NCBI GenBank assembly: GCA_965219415.1
Contig: CBDCNP010000002.1
Location: forward strand, 3,648,001-3,712,000
Source: Candidatus Marinacidobacterales bacterium
GTDB taxonomy: Bacteria > Acidobacteriota > Vicinamibacteria > Marinacidobacterales > DATDRI01
Direction of reading: 5' to 3'
DNA length: 64,000 bases
A program made the translations under genes and the position numbers. Positions 57,272 through 64,000 of this stretch are shown in pieces; the first letter of the stretch is position 1; the number at the start of each line of letters is the position of its first letter. The notes beneath the pieces were generated by a model. The model made no database searches, had not been told where the DNA came from, and saw nothing but the letters and a program-made list of their open reading frames with translations.

Positions 57272-58984
57272 ATGAAACTCGCCTGCTCCGCCGGCCGCCA
57301 AGCGCTCGTGCTCGTCGCGCTGAGTATCCTGTGGCCTGCGTGCCGTGGCGCCGACCCCGGCGCGTTGGCGCCCGCTGAGCTCCTATTCCGCAACGGCGCC
57401 GTCTACACCGTGAACCCCGCCGAGCCCTGGGCTCAGGCGGTGGCGATCTCGAGCGGCCGTATCGTCGCGGTCGGCTCGGAGGAGGACGTGGCGAGTTGGG
57501 TGGGCTCCGACACGCGGGTGGTCGATCTCGAGGGCAGGATGTTGCTCCCCAGTTTCGGCGACTCTCACGTCCACCCGCTGAACGATCGCGAATGCGACGT
57601 GAGCGACATCTTCACGCAAGAGGAGCTGTTCTCGGCGATTCGGGATTGCGCGGCCGAGGGAGGGTCCGAAGATTGGATTCGAGGTGGGGGATGGGCGCTC
57701 TTTTTGTTCCCCGACGCCAATCCCCACAAGTCGCTACTGGATGAGCTCGCCCCCGGACGGCCCGTCATTCTGACGTCGGCCCACGGACACTCCACCTGGG
57801 TCAGCTCCCGCGCCCTCGAGATCGCCGGTATCACCGGCGAGACGCCCGATCCGCCCGACGGGCGTATCGAGCGCGATCCCGCCTCGGGCGAGCCGACCGG
57901 CACTTTGCACGAAACTGCGAGCCGATTGGTCTACGAGCATCTGCCAGAGCTTACCCGCGAGCAGCAGGTCGAGGCGCTCCGGCGTGGGCTCTCGATGGCC
58001 AACGCCTTCGGCATCACGTCGTTTCAGGATGCAAGCGCCAGCCGCCGATCCCTCGAAGCCTACGCCGCGCTCGATGCCGCCCGGGAGCTCACCGCGAGGG
58101 TCGTCACATCACTACGCATCGACCTGGACAAAGGGCTCGAGGAGCTACCTCGCGTGAAGGCCTTACGGGACGAGTTTCACGGTGCACGGTTCAAAGCGAC
58201 GAGCGTGAAGCTCGGTCTCGACGGCGTGCTCTACAACCACACCGCGGCGCTACTCGAACCCTACGTCGACCGTCCCGGGGAACGTTGGCACCCCAATATC
58301 GAGCCCGATCCACTGAACGCGCTCGTTGCCACCTTGGACGCGGAGGAGTTTCAAGTCCACGCGCACGCCGTGGGCGATGCGGCCGTTCGCATCGCCCTCG
58401 AGAGTTTCGAGCATGCTCGGAATCTCAACGGCCCACGCGACTCGCGACACCACATCGCCCATATCGACCTCGCCCACCCCGATGATTTCTCCCGGTTCTC
58501 CGCGCTAGAGGTGATCGCGAACTTCCAGCCACTTTGGGCCCAGAGGGACGAGATGATCGTCGACCTCGTCGAGCCTCGAATTGGAATTGAGCGCACTCGT
58601 TGGGTGTTTCCCATCGGTAGCATCCTCGAGTCCGGAGGCCGGATCGCGTTCGGAAGTGACTGGACCGTCTCCTCAATGAACCCTCTCGAAGGCCTGCAGG
58701 TCGCTGTCACCCGCCGCGGCCTGACCGCCGGTCCAGGTGAAGCTTGGTACGAAGAAGAGCTCGTCGACTTGGAGACGGCGATCGCGGCATACACCATCGA
58801 CGTCGCCTACTTGAACTTCCAGGAAGGACAGTCCGGATCGATCGAGGTGGGGAAGCTCGCGGATCTGATCGTTCTCGATCGCAACTTGTTCGAGATACCA
58901 CGGCACGAGATCCACGAGGCAAAAGTGTTGCTGACGCTCCTGGAGGGTGACGTGGTCTACCACGATGCGAGTTGGAGTTGGTAA
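57272..58984 (+). CDS. amidohydrolase 3 family (YtcJ-like)
   Basis: DSHVH, HAVGD, IAH, FGSDW, GKLADLIVLD. Confidence 0.88.
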   Translation: MKLACSAGRQALVLVALSILWPACRGADPGALAPAELLFRNGAVYTVNPAEPWAQAVAISSGRIVAVGSEEDVASWVGSDTRVVDLEGRMLLPSFGDSHVHPLNDRECDVSDIFTQEELFSAIRDCAAEGGSEDWIRGGGWALFLFPDANPHKSLLDELAPGRPVILTSAHGHSTWVSSRALEIAGITGETPDPPDGRIERDPASGEPTGTLHETASRLVYEHLPELTREQQVEALRRGLSMANAFGITSFQDASASRRSLEAYAALDAARELTARVVTSLRIDLDKGLEELPRVKALRDEFHGARFKATSVKLGLDGVLYNHTAALLEPYVDRPGERWHPNIEPDPLNALVATLDAEEFQVHAHAVGDAAVRIALESFEHARNLNGPRDSRHHIAHIDLAHPDDFSRFSALEVIANFQPLWAQRDEMIVDLVEPRIGIERTRWVFPIGSILESGGRIAFGSDWTVSSMNPLEGLQVAVTRRGLTAGPGEAWYEEELVDLETAIAAYTIDVAYLNFQEGQSGSIEVGKLADLIVLDRNLFEIPRHEIHEAKVLLTLLEGDVVYHDASWSW

Positions 58985-59059
58985 AAAAACAATTGGCGAT
59001 TGCTCAGCAGGTCCGGTAGGAATCGCCTGTCACCGATTCGTAGCGTTTTAATCCCAGAT

Positions 59060-60166
59060 TCATCCCGTTGCCCTCGCGGTGTCCCGGCCGCCCGTGATCT
59101 TCCAGACCCCAACCGTCACGATGGGAAGCGCATAGATCAACAGGAAAAAGAACGTCATGGTCCCATAGCCGCGCGCGATGAGATCTATCAGGCCGAACTG
59201 AGCAAGCAGTGCGCCGACAATCAACAGCCCAATGGCTATCGCAGGACGCAGGTACGTCGGCATGGTGTGGTTCCGTTCTGCATAGACTCCCGCGATTCGC
59301 TCGTTGACTCCGTGGATCATGCAGGTGCCGGTTTCGATCAGCGTGCCGAACAGGACGATCTGGAAGATTAGCTGAAACGCTCGGGACCCGAGGATACCGA
59401 GGAGGTAGTTGGCAGGCACGGGCCGTTCCAGAATCTCGGGGTACTGGCTCACCATGCAGAAGTAGAAGAGAATCGCCGGAATGATGACGATGGGACCGGC
59501 CAGGCCACCCGCGATGACCGCGTCACGCTTGGTCTGACCGTGGCGCATGACGAATAGAATTGGGGGGACGGACGAAAGGTTATACCCTGCGTACCGTATG
59601 CCATCCCCTATCCAGCCCAGGCCGATACCACCCGTGCTGAGGTTGGTGGCGATCTGCCCCCCGAACCGGGCGACGCACCACACGAAGAAGACTATGTACA
59701 CCCCGTACAGGACGAACGACCATTGCGCCAGGAACCGCTCGATGATTGCCGTGCCCCGAAAAGTCAGAAAGCCGACCGCCGCCATGATGCCGATGACCCC
59801 GACGGCGTAGGGCAGCGAGAAGATCTCCCGCAGAATCGCCCCCGCGGCGGCGGCGATGACCGCAAGGATCAGGAGAAGCATGGCGAAGTAGATGATCTCG
59901 TACAGGAACCATCCCCGGCCTAGCAGGTGCTTGAAGAGAGTGCGATAGTCGTAGCACTGGAACGTCTGGGCGAACGCGAAGGTGGCCGCGCACACCGCGC
60001 TGAACGCCAGCATCGACACGACCATCGCCAGGAGCCCCGGGAGGGGCCCGCCGCTGAGAAAGAACTCCACCAGCTCGCGGCCGGTGCCGTAGCCGCCCGC
60101 AATCACGACAGATTGAAAGACAAAGCCAGGCAACAGGTACTTCTGAAAGAAGGGAGACTTGACCAC
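59060..60166 (-). CDS. YkvI-like membrane transporter
   Basis: VIAGGYGTGRELVEFF; about 10 TM segments. Confidence 0.8.
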   Translation of the reverse strand: MVKSPFFQKYLLPGFVFQSVVIAGGYGTGRELVEFFLSGGPLPGLLAMVVSMLAFSAVCAATFAFAQTFQCYDYRTLFKHLLGRGWFLYEIIYFAMLLLILAVIAAAAGAILREIFSLPYAVGVIGIMAAVGFLTFRGTAIIERFLAQWSFVLYGVYIVFFVWCVARFGGQIATNLSTGGIGLGWIGDGIRYAGYNLSSVPPILFVMRHGQTKRDAVIAGGLAGPIVIIPAILFYFCMVSQYPEILERPVPANYLLGILGSRAFQLIFQIVLFGTLIETGTCMIHGVNERIAGVYAERNHTMPTYLRPAIAIGLLIVGALLAQFGLIDLIARGYGTMTFFFLLIYALPIVTVGVWKITGGRDTARATG

Positions 60167-60357
60167 GGTCGGACTCCTCGAAGTTTGAGTGCGAGTGCGG
60201 CCCTACACGCGTTGCGGCCCTACCACCGCCCGAGCGCAGCCCGGAACTAATGGACTCGATGCGCTGTTAGGTTTCAAAGCGCCGACAGCACATGGGATTT
60301 GCCACAGGAAACTCATCCGCAAAGAATGGAAATGGAGTGGTAGAAAAGTAAGCTTAT

Positions 60358-62058
60358 CTATGTTTTGTTAAACAACAGCAATTCTCCAGCTAGAGAATCA
60401 TTATATTTGCCATTTTCGATACTTATATTTCCATTGATCATTACATATTCTATTCCAGTACTGTACTGGTGCGGCTCTGCGTAGGTGGCGTTATCTCTGA
60501 CGGTTTCAGGATCGAATATAACTATATCAGCTTTGTATCCCCTCGCCAGTTGTCCTCTTTCCTTCATCTGAAGCAAAGAGGCGGGGAGTGAAGTCATCCT
60601 TCTTACGGCATCTTCCATGCTCATTACCCCTTCTTCCCGAACGTACTTTCTGAACACACGGGGGAAGGTTCCATAATTACGAGGGTGAACCGAGTTTTGG
60701 GGATCATAAGCCAGTGCCCCTCCGTCACTGGAAAACATCAGCCAGTCATACTGCATGGCATATTTCATATCGTCTTCCGACAGGGCTCCACCGGAAAGGA
60801 TCACATCATCTCTTTCCTCTATGAATAGGTCTACAACTATGTCAAAAGGATCCCTCTTTTGCTCTTCGGCGAGATCGGACATGACCCTTCCTATCAGATG
60901 AGTGTTTTTCTTTGCATGTACAATTGCATAGGAATCCCAGCCCCATGTGGCGACACCACTTGGTCTGTTGGGCCATCCCACAACGGTCGCCTCCTTGATC
61001 TGATCCCGCTTTGCTCGATCGGAAAGGGCTTCTTCAAGCTCTTCCATATACTGTTCCTTGAACTTTTCCCTTTCTCCATTCGGTAAATTCCGATCCCTCA
61101 TCTTTATTTTGAGTTCTGCCAGGGGTTCCATGTCCTCTGGAAAATTAAACCACCTTGTGAGGGAGCTCGTTGCAGCCATGTTATAGGGATACATATCGGC
61201 TACTACGTAAATTCCCTCTGCCCGAGCATCATTAATCAGTTTCGCAGCAACTTCCATCAATCCCCAATAATTCTTCCCACATAATTTGAGATGGGATATA
61301 TTGACCCGCACTCCTGATTCTTTCCCGACTTGGAAGTTTTCTTTCAAGGCTTCACGTACGTATTCTCGTTCACTGCGCTTATGAGTGCTGTAAATTCCAC
61401 CAAATTCACTAACAACCTTCGCTAAGGCAATAATTTCTTCGACATTAGCGTAGAGACCGGGGACATATTCTAAACCTGTGCTCACTCCCCAGGCACCTTC
61501 CTCCATTGCCTGGCGAAGAATGGCCTGCATTTTTTCAATCTCTTCATCTGTCGCCTCTCGTGGCTCCATCCCCATGACAGCTTTTCGGATCGTGCCATGG
61601 CCAACCTGAAAAACAGCGTTTGTTCCGATGCCTTGCTTCTCCCATTTTGACTTCGTCACTGCAACTTCTAATGATACCGATCCACCGCAGTTCCCTGTCA
61701 CAACCGTTGTCACACCCTGGGTTATATAGTTGAGATTGGCCTTGCTCTCAGGATGGCCCAATCCCCCGCCGAATCCCCCATCGCAGTGAGTATGCATGTC
61801 AATAAATCCGGGAGAAACAGCCAGTCCCTGAGCATCGATGGTCTTGTCAGCAGCTCTTCCACTGAGCTCCCCGATCTCGACAATGGTATCGCCTATGATT
61901 CCGATATCGCCAGAAAACCCGGGGCTTCCTGTGCCGTCGACGATATTCCCATTGGTTATGAGAATATCAAGTTTTTCTGCCTCGTTTTTAGCGCAAACAA
62001 CACATGAAAACACAATGACTATGGATGTGGTAAGGTTTGTTAAGCAACGTTTGAACAT
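60358..62058 (-). CDS. N-acyl-D-amino-acid deacylase family amidohydrolase
   Basis: PGFIDMHTH, QGVTTVVTGNCG, STGLEYVPG, HPRNYGTFPR; lower GC. Confidence 0.9.
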   Translation of the reverse strand: MFKRCLTNLTTSIVIVFSCVVCAKNEAEKLDILITNGNIVDGTGSPGFSGDIGIIGDTIVEIGELSGRAADKTIDAQGLAVSPGFIDMHTHCDGGFGGGLGHPESKANLNYITQGVTTVVTGNCGGSVSLEVAVTKSKWEKQGIGTNAVFQVGHGTIRKAVMGMEPREATDEEIEKMQAILRQAMEEGAWGVSTGLEYVPGLYANVEEIIALAKVVSEFGGIYSTHKRSEREYVREALKENFQVGKESGVRVNISHLKLCGKNYWGLMEVAAKLINDARAEGIYVVADMYPYNMAATSSLTRWFNFPEDMEPLAELKIKMRDRNLPNGEREKFKEQYMEELEEALSDRAKRDQIKEATVVGWPNRPSGVATWGWDSYAIVHAKKNTHLIGRVMSDLAEEQKRDPFDIVVDLFIEERDDVILSGGALSEDDMKYAMQYDWLMFSSDGGALAYDPQNSVHPRNYGTFPRVFRKYVREEGVMSMEDAVRRMTSLPASLLQMKERGQLARGYKADIVIFDPETVRDNATYAEPHQYSTGIEYVMINGNISIENGKYNDSLAGELLLFNKT

Positions 62059-62519
62059 CCCCTACCTCCTTTCTACGATTTTTCATCATCATGGTATTTG
62101 TGCAACTATCAATAGTCAACTTACCCTCCGCAGCAGGGCGATCCCGACGCGTTCAACCAATGGCTCACCGACAAGATTCAAATGGGCTCGGACACGGATC
62201 GACCGCAGGCGAGGCCGAGGAGTACGGTTGCAATCAACGAGAATCTGGGACGGCTCCAAGAGCCTCTCATGTTTCCCCCTCTTAACGGGACATGTAGCTA
62301 AGGTGAGAACGCAACAGTGAACTGTTCGGCTGTGGAACACTTCCCTTGATCCAGCTTCTCGACGATGCTAGTAAAGTCAAGAGCTGACGACAACCTCCGC
62401 TGTCACCGTGTTTTTGAAGGCGACCTCCATGGTGATGGGTGTTTTAACCATGGTAGGGTTTGAAGTCTCCGATTCGAGCGAGGGCTCGATGGGCCAAAAG
62501 CATGAAAAGGAGAGAAAAA

Positions 62520-63492
62520 ATGATGAGGCATCGGATAATTATATTCTTCGCGGTCTTGTTTGTAACAATCTCTTTCTCCGCGAATTTTAGGGTGGTCATG
62601 TATTCAAACGGCGGTGAAGAGAAATGCGACATTCTTATCGAGAATGCAAAGATTGTCGATGGAACAGGAAACCCCTGGTTTCGAGGAGACATCGGAATTT
62701 CAAAAGACACGATCACGGCCATAGGTCACCTTAAAGGAAAAACGGCAGACCAAATCATCGATGCCAAGGGAATGGTCGTCTCCCCGGGATTTATCGATCT
62801 GCACAGCCACTCCGATGACAGCTTCGGTAGTCCAAAGTCAAACGCCAATCTCAGCATTCTTACTCAAGGAGTTACCACGGTTGTGACAGGTAATGACGGA
62901 GGCGGCTCATTCGAGATTGCCGAGACGAAAGCGAAATGGGAGAAACTGGGTATTGGAACCAACGCCATCCTTCTGGTCCCGCACGGCACTGTCCGAGAAT
63001 ACGTCACTGACGAGGCACCCCGAGCCGTTACGAAAAAAGAGCTAGAGAAGATGAAGTCGATTGTCAGGCAGGCAATGGAGGAAGGAGCCTGGGGTTTGGG
63101 TACAGGCCTACAGTACCGCCCCGGCCGCTATGCCGATACAGAAGAAGTCATTGCGCTCGGCAAAGTTGTCGCTGAATTTGGAGGAGTCTACAACAGCCAT
63201 CAACGCCATGAAGGAAAATACATGGTTGAAGCCACTCAGGAAACGATAAGAATCAGCGAAGAGACCGGCTTACCCGGCAATGTGACGCATGTTAAGGCGG
63301 GGGGAAAAGGCAGTGCTTGGGGATTGATGAAAGAGGCTGTGAAAGTAATCAACGACGCTCGGGCCAAAGGGCTGAGCATCACCGCAGACATGTATTCCTA
63401 CGCGGAGGCGGGAGGAGGGTCGCTATCATCGGTCTTTAACATTCCCGGCGACATGGAGCCTTTGGCAGGATTGAGGAAAAAAATGAGGGATC
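62520..63492 (+). pseudogene. N-acyl-D-amino-acid deacylase paralogue, 3'-truncated
   Basis: PGFIDLHSH, QGVTTVVTGNDG; similarity to the 60358-62058 paralogue stops after KKMRDR. Confidence 0.85.
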
Positions 63493-64000
63493 GTCATAGA
63501 CGCCACCCAATCTGCTGGGGCGGTTCCAGTCGATGTCACATCTTCCGAGGTTGATGCGTTGGTCAGCTCAGCCTACAAGTGGCTTTGCGGGCCATTCGGC
63601 GTTGCAGTTATTTATCTAGCACCCGATTTACAGAACAAATTGGAGCCTGGTTTGGTCGGCTGGCGGAGCCATAAAGACATGTGGGATTTTCAGGCAGACC
63701 GGCTAGAATATCCGGACACGGCCAAGCGGTTTGAGTTCAGCACAATGGCCCACGGCTGTCCCATCGGCCTGGCGCGCTCCATTGAATACCTTCTAGAAGT
63801 GGGGGTGGAGAGAATCTTCGAGCATAACAAGCTTCTATCTTCTGTGCTTATTCAGGGGTTGGAGGAACGAAATGCAGAGATTATCTCACCACAGAATGAC
63901 GAAGAACGGTCATCCATAGTTGCCGCTCGTTTCCCAGGAGAAAATTCATCTGAAATTGCAAAACGTCTCAACGAAGCAAGAGTGATGGTCTCAGCCAGAA
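63490..64000 (+). pseudogene. class V PLP-dependent aminotransferase, internal/C-terminal fragment
   Basis: Manual translation: IVIDATQSAGAVPVDV..VDALVSSAYKWLCGPFG...GWRS...AKRFE; no N-terminus; runs off window. Confidence 0.82.

Noticed and set aside
62100-62460. GC-richer insert between the divergent D-aminoacylase genes
   Set aside because: Possibly a gene or mobile-element scrap, but no motif, repeat or frame I can support.

Overview
Bacterial genomic DNA, most likely Acidobacteriota (16S 5' signature GAATCAACGCTGGCGGC; Vicinamibacteria-like intergenic palindromes). Intact housekeeping genes (leuA, leuC 5' part, tyrS, purN, purM, carA, carB, thiO, SWIM/SNF2) alternate with many broken accessory genes that show frameshifts, nonsense codons and fused gene halves. 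This points to genome erosion, though long-read or assembly error could contribute. A complete minus-strand rrn operon (16S, tRNA-Ile, tRNA-Ala, 23S, 5S) carries two group I introns in the 23S, at L1931 (with a LAGLIDADG homing endonuclease) and L1951 (no ORF), separated by a 20-nt exon. Two IS256 copies bracket the operon, and each has been hit independently by the same IS3 element. The most notable feature is a compact RiPP-type cassette at 11106-13998. It has a 59-aa precursor missed by the ORF track (KKPYxxP leader, two-Cys core), an S24/S26 peptidase, an HprK-like P-loop protein, a PqqD/RRE protein and a radical SAM/SPASM enzyme. It lies between a C25 (gingipain-like) remnant and a surface-polysaccharide locus. 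The right end is a catabolic region: Rieske oxygenase, three D-aminoacylase paralogues, S9 peptidase and an amidohydrolase.
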